From an uncultured Candidatus Binatia bacterium (GTDB taxonomy: Bacteria; Desulfobacterota; Binatia; Bin18): a DNA stretch of 64,000 nucleotides. Positions 1-10,900 of the stretch are shown here, one piece after another. The stretch is taken from positions 3,456,001 through 3,520,000 of the forward strand of contig OZ243961.1 in assembly GCA_965214605.1 (NCBI GenBank). The letters run 5' to 3'. Made by a program: the position numbers and the translations under genes. Position 1 is the first letter of the stretch, and each line of letters begins with the position of its first letter. The notes under the pieces are model-generated. The model saw nothing but the letters and a program-made list of their open reading frames with translations. It ran no database searches and was not told the DNA's origin.

Positions 1-1
1 A

Positions 2-526
2 ACCCTAGGTATTGACTACACCGGGACCGATATGAACAAAGCCTTCGAACGTTTCAAAGCCTTGGCCGACAAGAAAAAGAACGTCTATGATGAAGACCTG
101 ATTGCGATCGTGACCGAGGAGACCGTCCGCCTGCCGGATAAATACGAACTGCTGTATCTGAACGTGACTTCATCGAGCATGGCGGTACCCTACGCCACGA
201 TCAAAATGAAGGTGGACGAAGACGAGATCGTCGATAGTGCAGCTGGCGACGGCATGGTTGACGCCTGTTTCAAAGCGGTTACCAAGATTGCTGGCCTTGA
301 ACCAGAACTCGAGCGTTACACGGTCAAGTCGATTACGGGCGGAGCCGATGCCCAGGGCGAAGTGTCATGCCTAATCCGTGAGAACGGCACATCGGTCAAC
401 GGTCAGGGAGCTCACACCGATATTATTATGGCCAGCGCTTTGGCCTTTATTAACGCCCTGAATAAACTGGCCCACCGCGAGCGCTATTATCAGAATCAGA
501 CCGCGACTGGGCGGATGGGGCCCTAA
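2..526 (+). CDS. leuA: 2-isopropylmalate synthase, C-terminal regulatory domain (5' truncated by window edge)
   Basis: Frame open from base 2; motifs AFERFKALADKKK, GDGMVDA, ITGGADAQGEV, DIIMASA; directly upstream of leuB. Confidence 0.93.
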   Translation, partial: TLGIDYTGTDMNKAFERFKALADKKKNVYDEDLIAIVTEETVRLPDKYELLYLNVTSSSMAVPYATIKMKVDEDEIVDSAAGDGMVDACFKAVTKIAGLEPELERYTVKSITGGADAQGEVSCLIRENGTSVNGQGAHTDIIMASALAFINALNKLAHRERYYQNQTATGRMGP

Positions 527-564
527 CCGCCCGCCGTGCCCCACAGGAACAGTAAGGAGGCAGA

Positions 565-1638
565 ATGGCCCACAAAATTGCGCTCTTTGCCGGCGACGGC
601 ATCGGCCCTGAAGTCATTGGCGAGGCCCTGGAAATCCTGAAGGTCATCGAACAACGGTTTGGCCTGACCCTGACCTATGAACAAGCCTTGGCTGGCGGCT
701 GCTCGATTGACGCCCACGGCGTGGCGCTGACCGACTCAGCACTCCGGGTAGCGACAGAGAGTGACGCCGTGCTGCTCGGGGCAGTTGGTGGCCCCAAGTG
801 GGACGACCCACAGTCCTCGGTCCGCCCTGAGCAGGCTATCCTGGGGCTGCGCAAAGAGCTCGCCTTGTATGCCAATCTCCGCCCCCTCCAGGTCAACCGC
901 CATCTGGTACATGCTTCCACCCTCAAACCCGAGGTGCTGGATGGGGTGGATCTGATCGTTGTGCGCGAGCTGACCGGCGGGGTCTACTACGGCCGACCGA
1001 GCGAGCGTCGGACCGGACCGTCTGGACGTGAGGCGGTCGATACGATTTTCTATACTGAGGGCGAAGTCGAGCGCGTGATGCGGACCTCCTTCGAACTAGC
1101 CCGCAAACGCCGCAAGAAAGTCACCTCGGTTGACAAGGCGAACATTATGGCCACTTCACGTATGTGGCGCGAGGTGGCCCATGAGGTGGCCAAGGACTAT
1201 CCGGACATTGAATATGAGGACGTCTTGGTTGATGCAATGTCCATGCATCTCATTCGCCGGCCGCGCGATTTTGATGTGATTGCCGCGGAGAATATGTTTG
1301 GCGATATTTTGACCGACGAGGCGTCGATGATCGCCGGCTCCATGGGCCTGCTGCCCTCGGCCTCATTGGGCGAAGGCAGCAGGGGCTTGTACGAACCTAT
1401 CCACGGCACTGCGCCGGATATTGCTGGCCAAGACAAAGCCAACCCCCTGGCCGCCTTGCTGTCCACCGCGTTGATGCTGCGCCTGTCCTTTCAGCAGGAA
1501 GAGGCCGCTCAGGCAATTGAAGCCGCGGTCGATACGACTCTGGCCGACGGCTACCGCACGCCCGACATTGCGCAGCCCGAGTGCCGCGTAGTCGGCTGCA
1601 AGGAAATGGGGCGGCTGGTGCGCGACCGATTACCATAG
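565..1638 (+). CDS. leuB: 3-isopropylmalate dehydrogenase
   Basis: [47 protein letters not shown] motifs; AAGGAGG RBS. Confidence 0.98.
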   Translation: MAHKIALFAGDGIGPEVIGEALEILKVIEQRFGLTLTYEQALAGGCSIDAHGVALTDSALRVATESDAVLLGAVGGPKWDDPQSSVRPEQAILGLRKELALYANLRPLQVNRHLVHASTLKPEVLDGVDLIVVRELTGGVYYGRPSERRTGPSGREAVDTIFYTEGEVERVMRTSFELARKRRKKVTSVDKANIMATSRMWREVAHEVAKDYPDIEYEDVLVDAMSMHLIRRPRDFDVIAAENMFGDILTDEASMIAGSMGLLPSASLGEGSRGLYEPIHGTAPDIAGQDKANPLAALLSTALMLRLSFQQEEAAQAIEAAVDTTLADGYRTPDIAQPECRVVGCKEMGRLVRDRLP

Positions 1639-1959
1639 AGAGGAGTCGAGAGAAAACTACTCACCGGTACGGACGTGACACTAGCTAACAAATCAGACAA
1701 GAGAGATGAGGAAGAGAGGGTTAGCGTCTTCGCCGCCGTTCTCAATCCTCCGTAGGCAATCCTCTAGCATTCTCATGGAAGGGCGCGCTCCCATTCCGCA
1801 TAGCAGATTGCCAAAAGTTGAGCGCCCTTGTTGGTAAGCCTCTGAGAGATGAGCGAAAAGTCCGAGTCGATATCGCCCACCATTGCCTCCTGCCCTCTTC
1901 CGACAGCCAAGTACTGGGACTCAAGCCCGTGCATCAGGACGCCCGAAAGCTCGTCGCTC

Positions 1960-2220
1960 CCTCCGCGAATAGCCCAAGCGCCCCGTCCTTCTTGATGAAC
2001 TCGTCGCGCAAGTCGACAATGATCAGCCGCCCCCAGGTGAATGGGGGACTTCAGACGAACATTGTCGTCGATGTATTTGCCTGCAAGATCAAGGCCCAGG
2101 CGCGTCATGTCCTTCAAGTGGTGGTCAGGAGGCTTGCCGAGTCGACCCCTTGGCGCATGCCAGCGAGCATGAGGTCATTCCGCAGCGACTTCACCACACG
2201 GTTGATCTGGGCGGATGTGG
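1960..2220 (-). pseudogene. Frameshifted fragment of an ATP-binding protein resembling MADS-system MAD8 (HerA/VirB4-like)
   Basis: Joining frames gives QINRVVKSLRNDLMLAGMRQGVDS / PDHHLKDMTRLGLDLAGKYIDDNVRLK / RLIIVDLRDEFIKKDGALGLF; family recalled from memory. Confidence 0.5.
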
Positions 2221-2284
2221 GAATTTCGCTGGCCGACATCGTGAACGCAGAAACCATCGCAGTCACAGAGGTGAAGCTGCCCAG

Positions 2285-2360
2285 GGACGAATGTCACGTT
2301 TTCCAGAAAGGCGTTCCACTGGCGTTGCTTCTGCTCATCTTCAGCGAACACGGGGATGTC
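2285..2360 (-). pseudogene. C-terminal fragment resembling AbiEii/AbiGii nucleotidyltransferase toxin
   Basis: Peptide FAEDEQKQRQWNAFL resembles the C-terminal tail of this family; short match only. Confidence 0.4.
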
Positions 2361-2461
2361 CGAGGAAGCCAAAGCCCGATACGTCAACGGGGAGTACGTT
2401 CGTCTGACTGACTACGTTCCCAAGCGCTGCGACCGATGCGCGCGATCATAGCTAGACCAGG

Positions 2462-2991
2462 ATGCGCGCTTTCCTGTCGGGGCGCCTCCGTCTGCAGGCG
2501 TGCTCGCCATGCCCGCGGGCCGAGTGTGGTCCCAGCGCTGGCGTGAGACGCCGGGTCGGTACCTCTCCGGCCGCATCCCGGCCATCGTTCTGGAGCTGGA
2601 GAAGGCCACGGTGTGGAGATCGCACGGCTCGTCGAAAAGGGAGAGCGCTAGGCGGAGATTGCACGTCGGCGCCGAGAGGCTCAATACGGAACGGTGGCGG
2701 CGCGAAGGGGAGGTGCGGCGGGCCATGAAGGACAGGAGAGAGGCACTGCTCGAGATCGTCGACGTTTGGGCGGCAGCGAAGCGACTCGAAGAGTGCTGTG
2801 CCGATGTCGAACGCCGTGCACAGGATTTACCTGATGAGCAACGAGAGCGCACAATAGAACGATCTCGACGGGCGCGCGGATTGCTCGACAGAACCAACGC
2901 GCTGGAGCGATTCGACGCATGGCGGGCGCCAGAGAGTGATTTTCTCGGGAAATATTCACTCGACCAGCGACGCACTTCTGGACTAGCCTAA
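2462..2991 (+). pseudogene. Frameshifted C-terminal remnant of a mobile-element-associated hypothetical coiled-coil protein
   Basis: SGRLRLQA / WSQRWRETPGRYLSGRIPAIVLELEKA...ALERFDAWRAPE across two frames; the stop codon lies inside the IS terminal repeat. Confidence 0.45.
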
Positions 2992-4739
2992 ACTTCTAAT
3001 GGCGGGTAAGTGGTGACCGATGATTGTGGCGTTGAATTATGCAAAGTCGGAGGTTCAGGGGCTGTTTACACGGCTTGTTTAGGTGGGGAGGGGGAGGCCA
3101 AGGAGTTCGCAGGCCCGCTGCTGCACGGTCGTGGGCAAGCTGGGGTGGGCCAAGGGGTGAGCCGCGCCGCGCCGGCGCATGGTGTGTCGGGTCCGGGTGG
3201 CCAGCGGCGCGCGCCGACCGGCGACAGGGGCCCCCTGGAGGGCCACGGTCTTGAGGAAGCGAAACGCCCGGTCGTGCTGGGCCAGTTGGGTGTAGGCCCG
3301 CACCGTGTCCGGTGGGTTGAGGGCCTGGGCCGGCAGGGAGGTCTGGAGGACGGCCCCCCCATCGAGACGCGCTTCCCAGGCAATGGCCTGGGCTTTAGGG
3401 ATGTCGGTCCTGGCCGTTGCGGTGAGGGTGAGCTCGAAGGGCTTGGCCATCTTGAAGCGCCCCAGCCCTGTGCCGCCCCGAAGGCGGATACGGTCCTGGC
3501 CGCGCCGGGTTGCCCAGGCCATGGCGGCGCGCGCGGTGACCTGCAGCACTGCCGCGCGCTTGTGTGCGCGCTCCTCGCCTAGCAGCGGGGTCAAACAGGC
3601 GATAAGGCGCGCGCCAGGAAACGCCGTCTGGGCCACCTCGGTTCGGGCCGTGCGGGCGCACCGCGCCCGCGGACCCTTCCCGCGGGCCAGCTTGCCGCTG
3701 GCCTCACTGCCCAGCGCGCTGCTCCCGTCCCAGCCGTCGCCCTCACGCAGCGCTTCGTCGAGGCACGCGCGGGTGAGCAGCCCGCGCGCCCCGACCAGCA
3801 CCACGCGCTACCGGCGCTTCGGCCGGCAGCGCTGGGCGCTCTGGGCGGTCCGGGAGGCGGGGGCGTCGGGGTGGCCCTCATAGCCCTGCCCAGCTAGCGG
3901 GCAGCCCTGAGCGGTGCACGACCGCCCTGAGACGATCTGCCGCTTGCCCTGCTGGTCATCCGCGAGTGCCCCCGCGGCGGGCAAGGCGCTACCCTCGCCC
4001 TGCGACGTAGCTGGAGGTGACGGCGTAGAGTCCCCGCGTGCCGGCGCGGCAGGGGACGGTTGGCCAACGCGCGTGCGAGGCGTCCCGCACGCGCGACCAC
4101 CCCATCCATGGCGGCCTACCGCTCCTCGGCACTGCTGTCGGTGACCTGGGACCCATCGCGCCCAAGAGCGCGCCGCCATGGCGGCGGTCCAAAGCCCGCG
4201 CAGGGGCCAGCTTCGAGACCGGGGCCCATCCCCGCGCGGCGACCAGGGCGCTACCGCGGGGGCGGTCGGGACTGGGGCCCGGGGACAAGCGGCGCTCCAG
4301 GTCACGGGCCTGGAGCGTGCCCACGGTGGCGCAGACCTGGCCGTGGGGTAGGCGGCGCAGAAGCTCGCAGGAGGGGTCGGCGGGCAGCAGTCCGGCTAGT
4401 GCCTGGCAACGCATCTCAATGACAGGTTCAGGGAGGAGGGAGAGATTGCCGACAGTCTAGGTCTTGCCCTGGCCGCCTTCGCGCCGGGACCTTCGCAGAC
4501 GATCGGTCTTGGAGAGGCGGCCCTTGTCGTGGCGCGGTGGCGTGGCGACGTGAACCGGCCCCCTTTCTCGATGTCAGGGGCCACAAATCCGCGCTCTGTG
4601 GAGGGTCGTCAAGACCTCATGGCCGAGTTTCGTGTCGCCAAAGGCACCTGGAATAGTGGCTTGTTGTCAAAGAATTCCTCATAAAAACACTATGTTATCG
4701 GCGATCTGATCCCCAAACTTCATCAGAAGTTCAGCCTAG
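2983..4739 (-). mobile_element. Degraded IS1634-family insertion sequence
   Basis: Transposase remnants in several frames (LPHGQVCATVGTL, APVSKLAPARAL, VRAYTQLAQHDRAFRFLKTV, QQRACELLG); visibly higher GC; imperfect 16-bp inverted ends CTAGCCTAAACTTCTA (2983-2998) and CAGAAGTTCAGCCTAG (4724-4739), 13/16 match. Confidence 0.75.
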
Positions 4740-5130
4740 TGCTTCTTTGTCTCTCAACGATAATTTGCTTGCCGCCTCCGGTCCCGACCCTTGGGATGAC
4801 ACGGAAGCGGTGCCTCGCATCGCCCCAATCTGTCGTAAATGCCGGAACGCCTTGCCTCAATCGGGTTGTCCTGGACCCTTTTGGTCTCCTCGTCGGCGTG
4901 GCGTCCCTCGACGTCTTTCTCCTGAGACCTGAATATCTCGACAATGACGCTGGACCTCTGCAAGACAGCAGGAGGAAGAACGGATCCGCTGGTTGATGAA
5001 GGTGGACTTCCCGGCCTTTGCTTTCCCTTCCCCCATAAGTCCCGGCCGTTTTCCAAATCTTCGATGCCGCTTTTTAGGAAATCAACATCGGTCCCATCCT
5101 CGGTGTCACCGCAAAAAAAGAGCAAGCGCT
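4740..5130 (-). pseudogene. N-terminal remnant of a dynamin-family GTPase, cut at the IS boundary
   Basis: GEGKAKAGKSTFIN (P-loop) followed after a frameshift by LPPAVLQRSSVIVEIFRSQEK. Confidence 0.5.
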
Positions 5131-5394
5131 GACATCTATCCAGAACCGAGGTTTCCCTCTCATCCTAACTGCCATCCGATTACTATTCCCGCTCCCGATT
5201 CTGGTCTCCGTTTCCGATCTACGAGGATATCTCTGAGCGTGGGATTCCAGATTTGTCCGATACTATGGCTCTGACACCTGACTAGGCAAGACGCCCGCTC
5301 ATCGTACAGGTTGAAAGATTGCCAATGAGCGCACGTACTCTCCTAGCGCACGACACTTCCTCAGTCATAGACGGAGCAAGACAAGGGGAAGAGG

Positions 5395-5958
5395 TTACTT
5401 GAGCAGCAGGTCATACCAGTGAAACGCCACTACAACCAGAGCGTGGGTAATGTCTCCCCGGCGGATGAGGTCTGGAATATCGGCCAGAGGGACTAGGACG
5501 ACCTCAGTTTCTTCGGTGGTGTCGAAGTGGGTGTCAAAACGCTTGTGAGCGTTGGGGGCGAGAAAGCTGTGGCAGCGGTTGGCCTGAATAGCCGGGTTAG
5601 GGTGGATCGCGCTCAAGGAGATCACTTCATCCGAGTCATAGCCGGTCTCTTCCTGCATCTCGCGCCGTGCGGCATGGAGCGGAGAGGGATCTTCAGCGTC
5701 AACCATACCGCCCGGAATTTCTAGGGTCATGGCCTCGACCCCGTGCCGATATTGACGAATCAACACAACCTGTTTATCCGGGGTGAGCGGAATGATGTTC
5801 ACCCAGTCGCCAGCCTCTAAGACGTAGAAGTCGTGTCCCCGGCCGGTCCGGGGCGAGCGTTTATGGTCTTCCCGGAGCGAGAAGATCCGACACGAATAGA
5901 CGGTCTGGGAGCGGAGGCGTTGCCAAGCTTTGAGCGTTCTAGAGGCGCGGGAACTCAT
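5395..5958 (-). CDS. NUDIX hydrolase (ADP-ribose pyrophosphatase-like)
   Basis: QYRHG...LEIPGG...AARREMQEETG Nudix box. Confidence 0.92.
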   Translation of the reverse strand: MSSRASRTLKAWQRLRSQTVYSCRIFSLREDHKRSPRTGRGHDFYVLEAGDWVNIIPLTPDKQVVLIRQYRHGVEAMTLEIPGGMVDAEDPSPLHAARREMQEETGYDSDEVISLSAIHPNPAIQANRCHSFLAPNAHKRFDTHFDTTEETEVVLVPLADIPDLIRRGDITHALVVVAFHWYDLLLK

Positions 5959-5973
5959 GTCTTGGACTGCCGA

Positions 5974-6390
5974 CTAGAAGAGGCGACGATATTCAATCGC
6001 CGGACACCGGTCCATGACGACCGTCAGTCCGGCCTGTTGGGCCTTGCCGGCCGCGGCCGCGTCAATAACGCCGAGTTGCAACCACAGGATTGAAGCCCGT
6101 GCCGCAATGGCCTCATCGGCAATCTGGGCGACAAACTCCGAGCGGCGGAACACGTCCACCATATCAACCGGCTCAGGAATATCGCTCAGGCTAGCATAAC
6201 AGGGCTGACCAAGTATCTCTCGGCAGTTGGGGTTGACCGGGATCACGGTGTGGCCCCTGGCCTTGAGTAGGGCAGCGATCCGGTGGCTGTCCCGGTCCGG
6301 GTCCGGGGAACAACCGACCACAGCAACGGTCTTGGGTATAGCTAGAATGTCGTAAATCTCGGTATCCGATGGGTTTTCAAAAGGGTGCAT
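5974..6390 (-). CDS. CoA-binding protein (YccU-like)
   Basis: VAVVGCS, VIPVNP, DMVDVFR, LWLQLG, VVMDRC motifs. Confidence 0.92.
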   Translation of the reverse strand: MHPFENPSDTEIYDILAIPKTVAVVGCSPDPDRDSHRIAALLKARGHTVIPVNPNCREILGQPCYASLSDIPEPVDMVDVFRRSEFVAQIADEAIAARASILWLQLGVIDAAAAGKAQQAGLTVVMDRCPAIEYRRLF

Positions 6391-6877
6391 AGGACAAGCG
6401 TAGCAGATCTGCGAAGGAGTTTTCTAGACAGCGGCGAATCTCGACCATGCGGGCCCGAAAGGCATCTTCGCCCTGCATGGCCGGGTCGTCAATATCGCCC
6501 TCCTCGCCAGCAAACTCTTTAAGGGTGTAGGCCGGTTTGCCCCCGGCTTCTGGATAGGCGTCGAGCATCTCTTTCTGCTCCTGGGTCATGGTCAGAATCA
6601 GGTTCGCCTCATCAATCAGATACCGGTGACGTTTGAGGTCGGTCGAGACAAAGTCTTCGGCTTGCAGGTGAATCCCGTGTTCACGCAGGATCAAGCGTGC
6701 ATCGAGCGAAGCGTACATTCGATCTCGGGCGTAAATCGCAATGCCACCAGAACGAATAGTGATGTGCGTCACATTGCGATCCTTGAGCATTTTTTCAAGT
6801 AGAGAGTGGGCCATCACGCTCCGGCTGGTGTTGGCGTGACAGACGATCAGCACACGGTAGGGTTGTGGTTGGGTCAC
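6377..6877 (-). CDS. Low molecular weight protein tyrosine/arginine phosphatase family
   Basis: VLIVCHANTSRS (C-x5-R-S P-loop), LILTM, DIDDP; GTG start chosen after the upstream SDR stop. Confidence 0.85.
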   Translation of the reverse strand: MTQPQPYRVLIVCHANTSRSVMAHSLLEKMLKDRNVTHITIRSGGIAIYARDRMYASLDARLILREHGIHLQAEDFVSTDLKRHRYLIDEANLILTMTQEQKEMLDAYPEAGGKPAYTLKEFAGEEGDIDDPAMQGEDAFRARMVEIRRCLENSFADLLRLSYAPF

Positions 6878-6939
6878 TGAGCTCTGGAAGAGACACGGCG
6901 GCCATACTGCAGCCGGCCGCTGTGTCTGAGGTGGGTCAC

Positions 6940-7869
6940 TTAGGTTTTGAGTGCTTTGAACACCGAGCCGAGATCTTCTTTTGCCGTCGCGCCTTTGGCC
7001 AGCTCGACTTTGAGCACATCGCCCAACTCGTCCGGTCCCCAGTCCCCGAGCTTTTTGACCTTTCCCGCAGAATGCCAGCCCTTCATCAGCCACACACAAC
7101 CGCCGCCGACACGGAAGACCTCACCGTGGACCTGAGCCGCATCATCGCTCGCCAGCCAGGCAACAAGCGGGGCGACGTGGTGGGGGCTGAAGTAATCGTG
7201 CTCGCCCTCTTTAGCGTCCATCAAACCGGCCGTCTGGGGTGTGGCGTCAACCGTCAGGCGGGTACGCGCCAGCGGGGCAATCGCGTTGCCGGTCACGCCG
7301 TATTTCTGCATCTCGCGGTCGACGATAATCGCCAGAGTAGCCACCGCAGCTTTGGCCGGGCCATAGTTGGGCTGGCCAGGGCTGCCCAGAAGTCCGGCGT
7401 CCGACGAGGTGTTGATCACCCGGCCGTTCAACACATTGCCCGCTTTATGTTGCTCGCGCCAATACTCGCAAGCGTGGCGGCTGCAGTTGAACGTGCCTTT
7501 CATATGCACGTTGATGACCGCATCCCACTCCTCTTCTGACATATTAAAGATCATCCGGTCGCGTAGGATCCCGGCGTTGTTCACCAGAATATTGAGGTGT
7601 CCAAAGGTATCAATTGCTTGCTCGATAATCCGCTTGGCACCCTTGAAATCGGTCACGCTCTCGGTATTGGCAATCGCGTCTCCTCCGGCGGCTTTGATTT
7701 CGTCGACGACTTGTTGGGCAGGACCGACGTCTGAGCCGGTTCCGTCGAAATGGCCGCCGAGGTCGTTGACCACCAACTTGGCCCCGTGTTTGGCCATAAG
7801 CAGCGCTTCTTCGCGACCGATACCCCGGCCAGCGCCAGTGACGATCGCAACCTTGCCGTCTAGCAACAT
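6940..7869 (-). CDS. SDR family oxidoreductase
   Basis: TGAGRGIG, NNAGILRD, YGPAK catalytic motif; AAGGAG RBS. Confidence 0.95.
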   Translation of the reverse strand: MLLDGKVAIVTGAGRGIGREEALLMAKHGAKLVVNDLGGHFDGTGSDVGPAQQVVDEIKAAGGDAIANTESVTDFKGAKRIIEQAIDTFGHLNILVNNAGILRDRMIFNMSEEEWDAVINVHMKGTFNCSRHACEYWREQHKAGNVLNGRVINTSSDAGLLGSPGQPNYGPAKAAVATLAIIVDREMQKYGVTGNAIAPLARTRLTVDATPQTAGLMDAKEGEHDYFSPHHVAPLVAWLASDDAAQVHGEVFRVGGGCVWLMKGWHSAGKVKKLGDWGPDELGDVLKVELAKGATAKEDLGSVFKALKT

Positions 7870-8002
7870 AATAGGCTCTCCTTATTACGACATGGGCATG
7901 ATGAACGAAGGATGAGAAACGTCTCTTGTCTGCCTGACTTCCTCAGATTTGTCAACAGGTTTAGGGGTGGTCCAGAGCCGGGCCGGAAGAGACGAAAACA
8001 AG

Positions 8003-8032
8003 AAAAGGGGGAAGAAGGCTTCCCCCTTTTTT
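8003..8032. terminator. Rho-independent terminator after glnA (potentially bidirectional)
   Basis: AAAAGGGGGAAG-AAGG-CTTCCCCCTTTTTT hairpin with A/T tails. Confidence 0.8.
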
Positions 8033-8062
8033 AACCCCCGTCAAGTGGGCTGCCGCTTTGAC

Positions 8063-9475
8063 TTAAACATCGTAATACAAGGAGAACTCATACGGGTGGG
8101 GGCGCAGGCGTAGCGGATCAACCTCGTTTTCCTGTTTGTAGTCAATCCAGGTCTCAATCACGTCTTGAGTAAAGACATCGCCTTTGAGGAGAAACTCATG
8201 ATCGTTTTCCAAGGCGTCGAGAGCTGCCGGTAATGAACCGGGAACAGAGGGCACGTTGGTCAGTTCTTCGGGCGTGAGCGAGTAGATATCCTTATCGAGC
8301 GGGTCGCCCGGATTGAGTTTTCGCTCTACACCGTCGAGCCCGGCCAGCAGCATGGCTGAGAAGGCGAGATAGGGATTGCTCGACGGGTCCGGAAACCGGA
8401 CTTCGATACGTTTGGCCTTGGGGCTTGGTGAGTACACCGGGATACGGACCGCAGCCGAGCGGTTCCGAGACGAGTAGGCCAAGTTGACCGGAGCCTCAAA
8501 TCCGGGGACCAGACGGCGATAGGAGTTAGCGGTGGGGGCGACAAAGGCGCATAGGGCCGGGGCGTGAGCCAGGATGCCGCCGATGTAGTTCAGGCCGAAT
8601 TCGCTGATTCCACCATAGCCATCACCGGCAAACAAAGGACTGCCGTGTTTCCATACCGACTGGTGGGTGTGCATGCCTGAGCCATTATCACCAAAAATCG
8701 GTTTGGGCATAAACGTTGCGGTTTTGCCGTGCCGCTTGGCCACATTCTTGACAATATACTTATACCACTGGATCGCGTCGGCCATTTGGACCAGGGGCAG
8801 AAAACGCATGTCGATTTCGGCCTGTCCGGCGGTCGCAACCTCGTGGTGGTGCTTTTCAATCCGGATCCCGATATGCTCCATTGTCCGGATCATTTCGGTT
8901 CGAATGTCTTGGTAGGAATCCAGTGGAGAAACCGGAAAATATCCCTCTTTGTGACGGGGTTTGTAGCCCAAGTTCGGCGCTTCCTCTTGACCGGAATTCC
9001 AGGCGCCCTCAACCGAGTTGACGTGGTAGTAGCCCTCATGCGCGTTCTGGTCGAAACGGACGTCGTCGAGGATGAAGAATTCGGGCTCCGGCCCAAAATA
9101 GGCCACGTCGCCAAGACCGCTCGATTTGAGATACGCCTCGGCCTTACGGGCGATATTCCTCGGGTCGCGCGAATAGTCCTCTTTGGTGATCGGATCAACA
9201 ATATTGCAGATCAAGGACAAGGTCGTGGTTTCACAGAACGGATCTATGACCGCTGTGGTCGCATCTGGGATGACGAGCATGTCTGATGAATCGATCGACT
9301 GCCAGCCACGAATCGAAGAACCGTCAAAGCCAAGCCCGTCTTCGAAGATCTCTTCTTCGTATTCGCTCAGCGGGATGGAAAAATGCTGCCAGGTACCGAT
9401 AAAGTCCATGAACTTGAGGTCCACAACCTCGGCCCTTCTCTCCTGCGCTAAGGCAACCGCTTCTTGGGGTGTCAT
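8063..9475 (-). CDS. glnA: Type I glutamine synthetase
   Basis: [55 protein letters not shown]; start reset to MTPQE (AGGAGG RBS). Confidence 0.98.
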   Translation of the reverse strand: MTPQEAVALAQERRAEVVDLKFMDFIGTWQHFSIPLSEYEEEIFEDGLGFDGSSIRGWQSIDSSDMLVIPDATTAVIDPFCETTTLSLICNIVDPITKEDYSRDPRNIARKAEAYLKSSGLGDVAYFGPEPEFFILDDVRFDQNAHEGYYHVNSVEGAWNSGQEEAPNLGYKPRHKEGYFPVSPLDSYQDIRTEMIRTMEHIGIRIEKHHHEVATAGQAEIDMRFLPLVQMADAIQWYKYIVKNVAKRHGKTATFMPKPIFGDNGSGMHTHQSVWKHGSPLFAGDGYGGISEFGLNYIGGILAHAPALCAFVAPTANSYRRLVPGFEAPVNLAYSSRNRSAAVRIPVYSPSPKAKRIEVRFPDPSSNPYLAFSAMLLAGLDGVERKLNPGDPLDKDIYSLTPEELTNVPSVPGSLPAALDALENDHEFLLKGDVFTQDVIETWIDYKQENEVDPLRLRPHPYEFSLYYDV

Positions 9476-9521
9476 ACGTTTCCTATCCTCCTGTACTGCA
9501 GTGCTTTTGGGGTCAATCAGA

Positions 9522-9896
<375 letters not shown>

Positions 9897-9934
9897 CTAG
9901 TGTAAAACGACCGGCTTGTAAAGCATCTAAAAGA

Positions 9935-9951
9935 AGCAAGAAGAATACCAA
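9935..9951 (-). promoter_or_regulatory. Sigma54 (-24/-12) promoter for glnB-glnA
   Basis: Minus strand TTGGTATTCTTCTTGCT, GG-N10-GC spacing. Confidence 0.8.
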
Positions 9952-10012
9952 ACACCTCGGCAGACAAATGGGTGGTTTTTTGGAAAACAGCCTATTTGTC
10001 GAGGGCGAGAGT

Positions 10013-10047
10013 TGCCTATTTCTCAGGCAGCGCTCTTTTTTTAGGCA
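10013..10047. promoter_or_regulatory. Two adjacent NtrC-type enhancer-binding sites
   Basis: 17-bp TGCCTATTTCTCAGGCA and CGCTCTTTTTTTAGGCA, 60-100 bp upstream of the sigma54 promoter. Confidence 0.6.
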
Positions 10048-10691
10048 GAAGAGTTAGGCTCTTTACGCGCCACTTCTTTCGTGCCGGAGCTGGGCCGAAA
10101 TGGAGCCTCTTGGCCCTTCCACAAGCGCCTTATGTTGTCGCGGTGGCGCATGATGATGAGCAGGACAATGACCGAGACACCAAGCAGGTAGGGTCTGGGA
10201 TAGGCAAAAAGGGCCAGCAGAGGTGGCGTCGTGAGTGCTGCAGCTAGGGACGCCCCAGAAACAATCCGGCTGGCGGCAAAGGTAACGATAAACACGACCA
10301 GAGCCACCAGGGTCGCTAACGGGGCTAAGCCCAGCAGGATACCGAGACCGGTAGCGACTCCCTTACCCCCTGAAAAACCCAAGAAGATCGAAAACATGTG
10401 GCCGACAACAACCGCTACGGCTGTCGTGGCGTGAACGGTCGGTCCCAGGTCAAGCATCCCTACCACCAACACCGGGATCAACCCCTTTGCCATATCCCCC
10501 ACCAAGGTCAGGATGCCGGCTGTTTTACCCGCAGTGCGGGCCAGATTGGTTGCGCCGATGTTGCCACTACCAGTCTCACGGACCGCAATGCCTAGACGGC
10601 GACCGATGAGTTCACCGGTGGGGATTGAGCCGCACATATAGGCGATGACGAAAGACAGCAGGCAGGCGACGCAGGCGAACTCTTGCAGCAT
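10041..10691 (-). CDS. plsY: Glycerol-3-phosphate acyltransferase PlsY
   Basis: GSIPTG, GSGNIGATN, DMAKG, GHMFS, GGKGVAT, RHRDNIRRL; start reset downstream of the tRNA. Confidence 0.95.
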   Translation of the reverse strand: MLQEFACVACLLSFVIAYMCGSIPTGELIGRRLGIAVRETGSGNIGATNLARTAGKTAGILTLVGDMAKGLIPVLVVGMLDLGPTVHATTAVAVVVGHMFSIFLGFSGGKGVATGLGILLGLAPLATLVALVVFIVTFAASRIVSGASLAAALTTPPLLALFAYPRPYLLGVSVIVLLIIMRHRDNIRRLWKGQEAPFRPSSGTKEVARKEPNSSA

Positions 10692-10731
10692 GGAGTAGCC
10701 GATAAGAGGAAGACTAAGGATGGAGGAAAGA

Positions 10732-10808
10732 TGGTCGGGGTGACTGGATTTGAACCAGCGACCCCACGGTCCCGAACCGTGTGCTCTACCAGGCTGAGCC
10801 ACACCCCG
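10732..10808 (-). tRNA. tRNA-Pro (anticodon CGG)
   Basis: CGGGGTGTGGCTCAGCCTGGTAGAGCACACGGTTCGGGACCGTGGGGTCGCTGGTTCAAATCCAGTCACCCCGACCA; 77-nt cloverleaf with encoded CCA. Confidence 0.97.
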
Positions 10809-10900
10809 ACATAGCCAGAGATCTCCTCCCTTCTAATAGCGTTTGATGGGGAAGAGGGTCAAGTAGGGGATATTGAGAAGAAGGAAATGTCACAACTTGA

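Noticed and set aside
1818-2411. 197-aa plus-strand ORF
   Set aside because: Shadow of minus-strand pseudogene fragments; no recognisable motif or RBS.
3010-4584. Numerous overlapping ORFs on both strands
   Set aside because: Artefacts of very high GC within the decayed IS1634 transposase.
10732-10808. tRNA-Pro as an integration site
   Set aside because: No integrase nearby and no duplicated tRNA 3' end noticed in the window.
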